Part shown: positions 14,976 to 23,544 of the stretch, piece after piece | Position numbering within the stretch: position 1 is the first letter of the stretch | How the letters are laid out: every line of letters begins with the position of its first letter | NCBI GenBank assembly: GCA_012838235.1 | Contig: DUPQ01000070.1 | Location: forward strand, 13,454-77,453 | Direction: 5' to 3' | Source of the DNA: Clostridiaceae bacterium | GTDB taxonomy: Bacteria > Bacillota > Clostridia > DUPQ01 | DNA length: 64,000 bases | Position numbers and translations under genes: made by a program | Notes under the pieces: model-generated | Database searches by the model: none | Told to the model about the DNA's origin: nothing | Seen by the model: the letters and a program-made list of their open reading frames with translations, nothing else

Positions 14976-17139
14976 TTTAGAAGTGTCTAACTGTACTAAA
15001 AAAACAAGTAGTTTAATAAATACATTAAGTTATAACGGGCCGTCTACTCCGTTAATGACCGATGTGGAATTCAAGGGAAGAAACGGAAACACCTATAAGG
15101 TCTTGTCAGACGGGTTTATTCATCAAGGCGGAGAATCTGTTTTATACAAATGTATTTGTAATAATGAGGTTTATGTTGCAAAAATACTAAATTTTTCTGT
15201 TAGCTTGAGAAATGATGAACTAAGAGGACCTGTTTTAGATTTTTTAATAAGACATTCCGGTAAAGACTCACACCTCTTGCAACTACTTGATTACGGGACA
15301 ATCAGATATAATGACGGCAGATATGATGCGCTGAGATATATTGAAATATATCCGTTCTGCCCTAAAGGTGATTTGGGAAGATTAGGGAAAATTGATTATG
15401 ATACTTTGTGTGAAAAAGTTATACCTGCTATCAACACCGCTCTTAATACTTTGCACAATGCAAATCTGGTTCATAGAGATGTAAAACCCAATAATGTGTA
15501 TGAACTGGACGGCGAAATATATCTGGGGGATTTCGGACTCTTGACAAGCAGCATCATAGAAGATGGACATAGTAATGCACATGCATACACATTAACACAA
15601 AGAGGAACTGAGGGTTATATGGCTCCAGAAATATATAAAGGTTCTGTTTATAATATTTCCGATTACTATTCGTTCGGCCAGACCATTTCCACTTTATATC
15701 ATGGAAAACATATGTATGAACACCTTATGAATAATACCGACTATATAGCAAACAGAGACATAAATCTTTCTCTTCATCGGTGTATGATGGAGGGAATTTT
15801 ATATTTAAGTTTGGAAACAAAGCACAAGGAACTAGATAAATTACTCAGAGGCTTGTTGAAGTGCAATCATGAGTTAAGGTTCGGTTATGAGCATGTTTGC
15901 AGATGGCTTACCGGAGACAAGACTCTGACCGTACCGGAAGACAGAAACATAGATCAACTGAATCCGCCATTTATGATTAATGATGTCAAATGCAGAAACA
16001 TAGAAAGCATGGTTGAACAGCTATTATTAAACTGGGATATGGCAAAGGAATACTTATACGAGGGGATAATGAAAGACTTCTTCAGTGCTCAGAATACAGA
16101 GTTAAGTATGAAAGCACTGGAAATATCAAGAAAACAGGGAAATGAATTAGTTAATAATACCGGATTAAGTCAATTTATTCATTATTTAACGGAAGGGGAA
16201 GGGATATATTGGAAAGGAAGAAAATATAACGACCATGCGGAAATTTTCAGCGATTATACAGACAATCATAGTATTAATCCCGATGTCATAGAGTTGCTTT
16301 CCTCCGGTTTTTTATCCTGGAGAATGGAAGAACTGAATAAGAAAGATAATAAATATCAAAACCAAATTGAGCTTCTTAAGAGTATTGAAAAAGAATGTTT
16401 TTGCTATAGTTCAATAGGTTATCATTATGCAAGACACAAACTAAGAGGGGAAGAAATAAGTTATTCAGATTGCCAAAATGTTGCTGAATTAATAGATTAT
16501 TTTATTGAATCATTCGGAAAAACATATTTTACTGGAGAAACATGGTTGAGAGATGATAGGTTTTATGGATTTTTAATGGCATTAGGTCATGTTAAAATTG
16601 CAACTTCTTTATTCGAGGAAGTGAGATGGGCGCAACCTGCGAATGCCATAAGAGCATTATTCGGTACTTTAGAAGTTTTGATAGAAAGAGGAAACAGCAC
16701 TTCACTTCAAACTAAAAAAGAACTTTTAAACATCTACTTGTTATATGGTCCGCGGTCCTATCTCTGCTGGATAAAAGAGAATCTTAGTTGTTACGATTTT
16801 ATGGGTATGAACGCTTTTATTTTAAAAGAGAAAATTGAGGACATTAATTTGAGCAATAAAAAAAGTCTTGCAGATATCGATTCAGCATTTAATGAATTGG
16901 CCAAAAATCTTAATCAATTTAAGCTATACTTCTGTGACAATCCTATTCTATGTAAATTAGGGATTAGTAATAAGGAAGGGAATGATATTATTTATTCAAA
17001 AAGCCTTGACGGTTATTTTTTATCCGACTTCTATGGGAATAAAGTACCGGTCGGATTTTATAAGTATATTGATGCATACAGGAGTAAAAAGAAAATAGTT
17101 AAGAATTTAAATAACTCCGAAGACCTGTTTTCCTTCTAA
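14968..17139 (+). CDS. Hanks-type Ser/Thr protein kinase with about 430-aa uncharacterised C-terminal region
   Basis: 723 aa, overlaps the PP2C gene by 8 nt. VYVAKIL (Lys), HRDVKPNNV, LGDFGL, GTEGYMAPE. No motif recognised after about residue 300. Confidence 0.9.
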   Translation: MTDLEVSNCTKKTSSLINTLSYNGPSTPLMTDVEFKGRNGNTYKVLSDGFIHQGGESVLYKCICNNEVYVAKILNFSVSLRNDELRGPVLDFLIRHSGKDSHLLQLLDYGTIRYNDGRYDALRYIEIYPFCPKGDLGRLGKIDYDTLCEKVIPAINTALNTLHNANLVHRDVKPNNVYELDGEIYLGDFGLLTSSIIEDGHSNAHAYTLTQRGTEGYMAPEIYKGSVYNISDYYSFGQTISTLYHGKHMYEHLMNNTDYIANRDINLSLHRCMMEGILYLSLETKHKELDKLLRGLLKCNHELRFGYEHVCRWLTGDKTLTVPEDRNIDQLNPPFMINDVKCRNIESMVEQLLLNWDMAKEYLYEGIMKDFFSAQNTELSMKALEISRKQGNELVNNTGLSQFIHYLTEGEGIYWKGRKYNDHAEIFSDYTDNHSINPDVIELLSSGFLSWRMEELNKKDNKYQNQIELLKSIEKECFCYSSIGYHYARHKLRGEEISYSDCQNVAELIDYFIESFGKTYFTGETWLRDDRFYGFLMALGHVKIATSLFEEVRWAQPANAIRALFGTLEVLIERGNSTSLQTKKELLNIYLLYGPRSYLCWIKENLSCYDFMGMNAFILKEKIEDINLSNKKSLADIDSAFNELAKNLNQFKLYFCDNPILCKLGISNKEGNDIIYSKSLDGYFLSDFYGNKVPVGFYKYIDAYRSKKKIVKNLNNSEDLFSF

Positions 17140-17169
17140 ACTTGCAATATGTGAAGGGTAAATATTGAA

Positions 17170-18141
17170 ATGTATAAGGATATAAATATGGCAGGAATAA
17201 AAGAATTTGACGACAATATATTACAGGAATTTGAAAAAGATGCTAAAGACATTATTTATAAGCATCTTGTTGAGTTTAAAGACCTTTCAAATAAGCTACG
17301 GGAAGAAAACGGGAAATATATACTAAAAGCAAGGGTTATAATAAGCTTTATATTCTATATACTTCTTTTATCGGTTGTAATTCTATTCGCCTTTTTCATT
17401 CCCAATATTGTATATAACCTTAACCTTGCAGAAGAGTCTTTAATAATTTTCGGTATTGTGGCACTGTACGGTTGCTTTGCATACTTTTCGGTTTTATTGA
17501 TTGAACGAATACTGAAATGCTTGCATTATTACAAAATTTTTCTTCTTACTAATGAAATAGAAAATCTAATTGAAGATATAAAGAAGACTATTGCAGGATT
17601 GCCTGCGATTAGAGAAGATATTATTGCATCAATTAAAAAGAATCAAAGGGTAACAGTAAGTTCAGTCGCACAAAACAAAAATGTTATGTATACGAATATT
17701 AATGATTTTAAAAAAAGAAAAGAACGCTTGATTTACAGCAAGCCGGGATTCCTGGACGGAGCGGAAAAATCACTTTACTGGATAGCTTGTATTACTCTTT
17801 TATCCGTATTGTCCGCAATCGGTCCGAGCATAGGTTTAATGTTTTTCCCTGAGACAGAAGACTATTCTATATTCATTTTAGTTCAGTTTTTAATGAATCA
17901 TGGAGCATTAGTGGCATTGCATATTATTTTACATAAGAAGGGAATCAGAACAAGTTTTAAAACTTTTTTAGGTTCTGTTTTATGTGCCTTGGCAGGTGCA
18001 GGCGGAGCCCTAATACTGTATGTTCTTGTTTTAATGGTGATTGGTCTGTTTAAATTTATATGGAAAATTATTGTATATTTTCTTCTTGGAGTTTTTTTTA
18101 TCGGCGGACTAATCGGCCTTCTTTGTTCCAAGGAAAAGTGA
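17170..18141 (+). CDS. Polytopic membrane protein (2 TM, cytosolic helical linker, about 4 TM)
   Basis: 323 aa. Hydrophobic stretches ARVIISFIFYILLLSVVILFAFFI, LIIFGIVALYGCFAYFSVLLI, WIACITLLSVLSAIGPSIGLMFF, LCALAGAGGALILYVLVLMVIGLF, IIVYFLLGVFFIGGLIGLL. Confidence 0.7.
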   Translation: MYKDINMAGIKEFDDNILQEFEKDAKDIIYKHLVEFKDLSNKLREENGKYILKARVIISFIFYILLLSVVILFAFFIPNIVYNLNLAEESLIIFGIVALYGCFAYFSVLLIERILKCLHYYKIFLLTNEIENLIEDIKKTIAGLPAIREDIIASIKKNQRVTVSSVAQNKNVMYTNINDFKKRKERLIYSKPGFLDGAEKSLYWIACITLLSVLSAIGPSIGLMFFPETEDYSIFILVQFLMNHGALVALHIILHKKGIRTSFKTFLGSVLCALAGAGGALILYVLVLMVIGLFKFIWKIIVYFLLGVFFIGGLIGLLCSKEK

Positions 18142-18253
18142 TATCTTTCATTGCGGATTTAAACTGTTTATAGATAACATTGTTTTATATATTGGTATTA
18201 AAGAAGGGAAGAAAGCAACAGTTTGTTAAACAGTCGTGAAGGAGGAATATAAT

Positions 18254-19135
18254 ATGTCCCAAATACAGAAAGATGCATTAATATGTTACATAGATGAGGC
18301 ATTACCGCTTATTGATACCGAAATCGATCAGTCTATGAAAATTAAGAAGGATCTTCAAGAATTATGCCGAGGGTTTTCAAAAAACTATAAATTTAATACT
18401 ATACTGGTATCTATTCCGATTTTAGTACTGATTCTGCTGGTAATTACTATGATGATTATTTCGTTGAACATTGTTGTAGGCATTGATAAACTTCTTGGTA
18501 TTCCGAATGACAGTATCTCTATTGTGGTAGATGTTCTGCCGATAATTGCAACTCATGTTTACCTCTTCCTTTTGCTGCTCAGAAGAATAGTAAAAACATC
18601 ATTTGTCATTGAAGCGCAAAATTATATTAATAAAATAGAATATATCATAAGGCTGCTGAACGAAAATACTGAACGGTTAAATGCTCTTAAAAACAGACTC
18701 AACAGCAATTGTGATCATCGTGAAAGAGAGCAAGGTTTTATAAACTATCTTAAGTTACTGGGTTATAGAGAAGGAAGTTATGATGTTAGCCAAAGTCTAT
18801 ATCAGATAAGTACCAGGCATGAAGAAATGAAGAAGAAAATGGAAAAGAGTTACTACGATATACCGATTATTATCTGCTATTTTTTTGCACTATTGTCACT
18901 TCTGCCTGCATCGGCTCATCGTACTTATATGTATTTTTTTAATAGAAATATTATTTATGACTACGATACTTACTATACAGTATTCTTTATCATTGTTTCA
19001 TTTTTATTAATTTTGGCAAATCTGATAATTACAAACAAGGAAATAAAATTGAGTATATGGACTTTTTTGATTTCAGTAGTTTTTTTGTTGGTAATCATAG
19101 CAGTACTGATATTGTATGTAGTTTTTACTCAATAA
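18254..19135 (+). CDS. Polytopic membrane protein, same architecture as the preceding gene
   Basis: The track ORF starts at GTG 18236. ATG 18254 follows AGGAGG. TM stretches ILVSIPILVLILLVITMMIISL, VDVLPIIATHVYLFLLLL, IIICYFFALLSLLPA, VFFIIVSFLLILANLII, IWTFLISVVFLLVIIAVLILYVVF, with a helical linker between the TM pairs. Confidence 0.7.
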   Translation: MSQIQKDALICYIDEALPLIDTEIDQSMKIKKDLQELCRGFSKNYKFNTILVSIPILVLILLVITMMIISLNIVVGIDKLLGIPNDSISIVVDVLPIIATHVYLFLLLLRRIVKTSFVIEAQNYINKIEYIIRLLNENTERLNALKNRLNSNCDHREREQGFINYLKLLGYREGSYDVSQSLYQISTRHEEMKKKMEKSYYDIPIIICYFFALLSLLPASAHRTYMYFFNRNIIYDYDTYYTVFFIIVSFLLILANLIITNKEIKLSIWTFLISVVFLLVIIAVLILYVVFTQ

Positions 19136-19159
19136 GAACTGATATATGGAGGTATATAG

Positions 19160-20215
19160 ATGGATAAAGACTGTGCATATAAAAGGGAAGATAATCTTGT
19201 TTATCTGTATCTGGAGATAGATAACAGAAGATGCACCGAAAAGGAAACAAAGATACTAAAACAGTATGCCGGTGTAAAATATGGAGAAACTATCTCACGG
19301 TATATAGTTATGCCCCAAGACATGCATTTAGAAGCTTTACACTATGCAATTCAAAGATTATTCGGCTGGATAGACCGATATAGGTATGCATTCAAGCTCC
19401 CCGATGACGTGTTCTATTCCATAACAAAGGATAATGTATGCAAGTGGGCTTCGCTAACGGGAGATTTGTTTGCATATATATGGAGTGACAATGAGGCAGG
19501 GTACTTTAATCCTTTATTTCAGGATAATAAAGAAGTGGATATTGAAGAATTTTTTGCACAGCAATACACAGGTCCGTATATTGCCGGTTACAGGTTTTCT
19601 AAAATGCACAGTGTAATAAAAACGGCGGTTCAGATGGAATTGGAAAAACTTTCAGATAATAATGATTCAGTTGCTGCATTTAACATTGAAAATTTAAGTA
19701 CCTTTACATCCGGTGATGTAAAAAAAGATGATTTTTTGAAAGAGAATGCAAATACACTGTTGCCATGCATGTATGTGTCTTCGGTATTGGCTGCAAAAGG
19801 TGAAAAGGTAGGAACCGATCAGGAGATTCCGAAGCACGGTAGATATTATAGAAATATTGAAGATACTGAGGTCTTACCTTTGACACATAAACTCATATAT
19901 ACCTATGGCGGTGAAAGTAAGTGGGTTGTTAATATCGTAAGGTTGAAGAATTTCAGCTCACTTATTGAAGACGGTTTGGTATGTATGAGTCGGGTAAATG
20001 ATGCGGAAAATGCTGTAAAAGAAAAACATAGACCGTTTTGTGTTTTTAAAGACGGTGCAAATGTACTGGATGATGTAGATGATTTACCCGGTTACTGCGA
20101 GTTTCTCCATGATATATTTGAAGGTTGCAATATTGAAAAGATGAAAAAAGCTTTAAAATTCGGGCGCAGAAGAGATTGGCATATTGAAGAAATGAATGAA
20201 CCGATAATATTGTAA
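19160..20215 (+). CDS. MM3350/PRiA4-ORF3-like domain protein (paralogue 1)
   Basis: 351 aa. ISRYIVMPQDMHLEALHYAIQRLFGW matches the family pattern IWRR..VP...TL..LH..IQ...GW. YTYGGESKWVVNIV corresponds to Y.YDFGD.W.H.I. PFCVFKDGANVLDDVDDLPGYCEFL corresponds to P.C..G..A.PPED.GG..GY..FL. Confidence 0.65.
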   Translation: MDKDCAYKREDNLVYLYLEIDNRRCTEKETKILKQYAGVKYGETISRYIVMPQDMHLEALHYAIQRLFGWIDRYRYAFKLPDDVFYSITKDNVCKWASLTGDLFAYIWSDNEAGYFNPLFQDNKEVDIEEFFAQQYTGPYIAGYRFSKMHSVIKTAVQMELEKLSDNNDSVAAFNIENLSTFTSGDVKKDDFLKENANTLLPCMYVSSVLAAKGEKVGTDQEIPKHGRYYRNIEDTEVLPLTHKLIYTYGGESKWVVNIVRLKNFSSLIEDGLVCMSRVNDAENAVKEKHRPFCVFKDGANVLDDVDDLPGYCEFLHDIFEGCNIEKMKKALKFGRRRDWHIEEMNEPIIL

Positions 20216-20252
20216 TTTAAGTGGATAAAATAAATATATAAGGAGTCTTGTT

Positions 20253-21260
20253 ATGTATAACGAATTGAGAATGAAAAAAAGCCGTAATCCTATATATCTT
20301 CATCTGGAACTGGATACAAAATATTGTTCCAATGAAGACTTACATACACTGAAAAAATATGCCTGCATAAAATATGGTTCTACTATATCCAGAGATGTTT
20401 TAGTGCCTCACGATATAACTATCAGAGCATTACATTATACAATTATGAAACTCTTCGGATGGATGGGAAGACATGATTATACTATGAAGCTTCCCAGTCA
20501 AATATATGATAATGTGACCGAAACTGATTCGAATATAATAATCAGTTTGATGGGGGTTTTACTCAAATGTCCCGATGAGGTGAAAATCGATGATGATTTC
20601 CTTGTATCATTTGATGATACTGGTCCAAAAGACTTTGAGAACAGGTTTTCCGAGTATTACACGGGACCATATGCAAATTTTGCAAGTATAGAGGATTACA
20701 GCACATTATCGGGTATACTTACATTGTGTGATTCAATAAAAGATGAAATAATGGGAGTTGATTGTAACAAATTGTTGGGAAGACTTAAGGTGTCCTCCAT
20801 ATTGACATATGAAGGTGATAATATAAGCGGGAATGTTGAATATTTAAAAGGTGACTCAATAAAAGAATACAATATGAGAAGGGAACATTGCAAAGAGTGC
20901 GAAATGCAACCGGATGTTTTGCCTTTGACATATAAGCTGGTTTATTTGTATGACAGCGAAAGAAAATGGACAGTTAATATTACAATGCCTAAGGACTTTT
21001 CAGTATTGATTAATGATAGAGGTGTTTCAAAAGAAGATATAGATTTTGCAAAGAATAAAGTTTTGGACAGTTATAAGCCTTACTGTATTTTCCGTGACGG
21101 AGCAAATGTTATGGAGGATGTAGCCAACCTGCCCGGATTCTGTGATTTCTTAAGAGTTGTTTTTGAGAGAAGCGATACGAATAAAAAGAAAACTGCACTT
21201 AAATATGCCCGTAAAAGAGATTGGTATCCGGATGAAATCGGTGACTGTATAATGTTTTAG
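20253..21260 (+). CDS. MM3350/PRiA4-ORF3-like domain protein (paralogue 2)
   Basis: 335 aa, collinear with the previous protein (ISRDVLVPHDITIRALHYTIMKLFGW; YLYDSERKWTVNIT; PYCIFRDGANVMEDVANLPGFCDFL). Last gene of the operon. Confidence 0.65.
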   Translation: MYNELRMKKSRNPIYLHLELDTKYCSNEDLHTLKKYACIKYGSTISRDVLVPHDITIRALHYTIMKLFGWMGRHDYTMKLPSQIYDNVTETDSNIIISLMGVLLKCPDEVKIDDDFLVSFDDTGPKDFENRFSEYYTGPYANFASIEDYSTLSGILTLCDSIKDEIMGVDCNKLLGRLKVSSILTYEGDNISGNVEYLKGDSIKEYNMRREHCKECEMQPDVLPLTYKLVYLYDSERKWTVNITMPKDFSVLINDRGVSKEDIDFAKNKVLDSYKPYCIFRDGANVMEDVANLPGFCDFLRVVFERSDTNKKKTALKYARKRDWYPDEIGDCIMF

Positions 21261-21424
21261 CATAGAGTATCTCATAAAAGTTTATTAATTAAGCAAATAT
21301 TTATTAACTATATTACATATTATTCAATATGTTATAAATCGCATAAAAGATGGTGCAAAATTTGTGCATTAATATGATTGGTCCGTTTACATGCGGATAA
21401 ACCTGTGGTAGAATATGCCGCATA

Positions 21425-22678
21425 ATGAAAAGCATAATCGGGCTGAAAAGGGGAACGGTAAAACTTCATAAACATAAAAAGCAATGGAGAACGATTGCTG
21501 CCGAGACAATAGCCATGTTATATGAAATACTGGGGGATACCGCTTGCGATATACAGCATGTGGGAAGCACTTCCGTTGTGCATATAAAGGCAAAACCCGT
21601 TATAGATATAGCGGTAGCGGTAAACAGCTTTTCCGATTTTGATGGGTATATTCCCGCCCTGGAAGCCAGGGGTGTCAAATACAGACCGAAGGTTAATATA
21701 GGCAACGAGAGGTTTTTTGTTATCGGTGATGAAAGTGATTTTTTTACACATCATATACATGTGGTTCCCGTTACAAGTCGTGAATGGATAAACTATATAA
21801 ACTTCAGAAACTACTTAAATGCCAAACCCTTTGCAGCCGGGCAGTATGAAGAAGTGAAGATTAATCTTCTGAAGAAGTATAAGCACAACAGAAAGGCGTA
21901 TACGGACGGTAAAGCGGAGATAATAGCAAAATTATTGAAAGAAGCTTTTGCATGGTCATATCTGGGAAAGACAGTAACCGTAACCGTTTTAAAATCTCTG
22001 TCGGAGAAATGTGTTCCCGTTTACAGCGGGTATATAGAGGGGGTTACGGGTGATAATGAGTCTCAGGAAGTATATGTTATAGGGGTAAATAATCCAGGTT
22101 CCGTTTATACGGGTACCGTTACCGCTATAATATATGGGAAGGACAACACTCCGGGTAAATGGGTGGTAGCACCTGCTGAAGCTTCATTTAATCAGGCACA
22201 GATTGCGGAAGTGATATTACCCTTTGAGCAGGATACCGATGTATTTATCGACAGTGTACACCGTAAGTCGTGCGGTGTGGTAGTATACAGAATAGTGGAC
22301 GGGAATATAGAATACCTTCTGGTAAAAGAATATTACTGTTACGGATGGAGTATTCCCAAAGGACATATGGAAGCGGGTGAGAGTGAAGCCGATACGGCGA
22401 TAAGAGAAGCCTGGGAAGAAGTAGGTGTAAGAGTAACACCCGATATGGAGTTTATAAGGACAGTGGAGTATACAATACAGCCGGTGTATAAAAAAGAGGT
22501 TGTTTTCCGTATATCGGAATTTAAAGGAGAGAGCAGGGTTGTAAAACCGGGGATAGAAGAAACCGGATGGTTTGTACTCTCCGAAGCAAAGAAACTTTTA
22601 AAGTATCAAGAGACATGTGCCGTAATGGAAGATGCCGAAGTATATATAGCAGGTCTGCATAAGGGAGGGAAAGCATGA
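21425..22678 (+). CDS. GrpB (UPF0157) nucleotidyltransferase-fold domain fused to a central beta-rich region and a C-terminal NUDIX hydrolase
   Basis: 417 aa. GrpB-like IQHVGSTSVVHIKAKPVIDIAV. Nudix box GWSIPKGHMEAGESEADTAIREAWEEVGV. Extended -10 TGGTAGAAT upstream. Confidence 0.75.
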   Translation: MKSIIGLKRGTVKLHKHKKQWRTIAAETIAMLYEILGDTACDIQHVGSTSVVHIKAKPVIDIAVAVNSFSDFDGYIPALEARGVKYRPKVNIGNERFFVIGDESDFFTHHIHVVPVTSREWINYINFRNYLNAKPFAAGQYEEVKINLLKKYKHNRKAYTDGKAEIIAKLLKEAFAWSYLGKTVTVTVLKSLSEKCVPVYSGYIEGVTGDNESQEVYVIGVNNPGSVYTGTVTAIIYGKDNTPGKWVVAPAEASFNQAQIAEVILPFEQDTDVFIDSVHRKSCGVVVYRIVDGNIEYLLVKEYYCYGWSIPKGHMEAGESEADTAIREAWEEVGVRVTPDMEFIRTVEYTIQPVYKKEVVFRISEFKGESRVVKPGIEETGWFVLSEAKKLLKYQETCAVMEDAEVYIAGLHKGGKA

Positions 22679-23544
22679 AATACAAACAATATACATGTGT
22701 TCATGAATTTTATAACGACACCTATAGTATCTTATTGCGTGATGAGTCTCAGAACATGATTCAGTTGGGCAATCTCATAATCGGCAATACAGGTGCAGAC
22801 AAGACAGGCTGGCGGGATACTGCCAAATGGGTTATGGCAACAGTTTCCGAGAAGGAAAAAATTCTTTTAACCGCACTTATGACGCCTCCTCATAACATTA
22901 CCCTTTATTCAAAGGATAATGTCATGCGACCCGATGCGTTGGACTGCCTGATTGCAGGATTGGGTGATATATATGTACCCGGGGTTATTTCGGAAAAGCA
23001 GTTGGCAACGGCATTTGCGGAGAAATATTCTTCGTTAAAGGGAATGACATATTATACTCAGATGAACCAAAGGATATATGAGTTGGAGAAAGTAAATCCC
23101 GGTATAGAAAGAATAGGAACAATACGTCTTGTGAATAATAACGATATGCATTTCTTTCCCTATTGGCTGTCTGCTTTCTATGCATCCAATGTGTACGGAC
23201 AAACGGTAATGAATATACCCGAGAGCGAAAGAGAAGCACAATACCGGATAGATATGAAAAAAATATATATACTGGAAGTAAACGGAATACCCGTTTCCAT
23301 GGCGGGATATAACAGGGAACTGCCGGGATCCATAGGTGTGGCTTATGTTTATACACCACCGTATTTCAGGAATAAAGGATATGCAAGTTCCGCTGTGGCT
23401 CAGGTCAGTCAGCTGGCTTTAGACAAAGGGTATAAAAGGTGTGTATTGTATACAGATTTATCCAATCCCGTATCCAACAGTATTTACGGTAAGATCGGGT
23501 ATGTACCTGTATGCGATTCATTAATGCTGCAGTTCAATAATTAG
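22675..23544 (+). CDS. GNAT-family N-acetyltransferase
   Basis: 289 aa, ATGA overlap with the upstream gene. PPYFRNKGYASSAVAQVSQLALDKGYKRCVLYTDLSNPVSNSIYGKIGY (acetyl-CoA binding motif A region). Confidence 0.75.
   Translation: MKYKQYTCVHEFYNDTYSILLRDESQNMIQLGNLIIGNTGADKTGWRDTAKWVMATVSEKEKILLTALMTPPHNITLYSKDNVMRPDALDCLIAGLGDIYVPGVISEKQLATAFAEKYSSLKGMTYYTQMNQRIYELEKVNPGIERIGTIRLVNNNDMHFFPYWLSAFYASNVYGQTVMNIPESEREAQYRIDMKKIYILEVNGIPVSMAGYNRELPGSIGVAYVYTPPYFRNKGYASSAVAQVSQLALDKGYKRCVLYTDLSNPVSNSIYGKIGYVPVCDSLMLQFNN

Noticed and set aside
6626-17139. RiPP/lanthipeptide-type biosynthetic cluster (radical SAM plus protease plus kinase)
   Set aside because: I saw no small precursor-peptide ORF, no LanC-like cyclase or lyase domain, no SPASM extension on the radical-SAM enzyme and no ABC exporter. 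I cannot fully exclude it without profile searches.
6626-21260. Interpretation of the operon as a type VI secretion system, because of the ClpV-like ATPase plus Fha/PpkA/PppA-like triad
   Set aside because: No sheath (TssB/C), tube (Hcp), spike (VgrG), baseplate or TssM/L genes occur in or near the operon. The resemblance is limited to the regulatory and ATPase logic.
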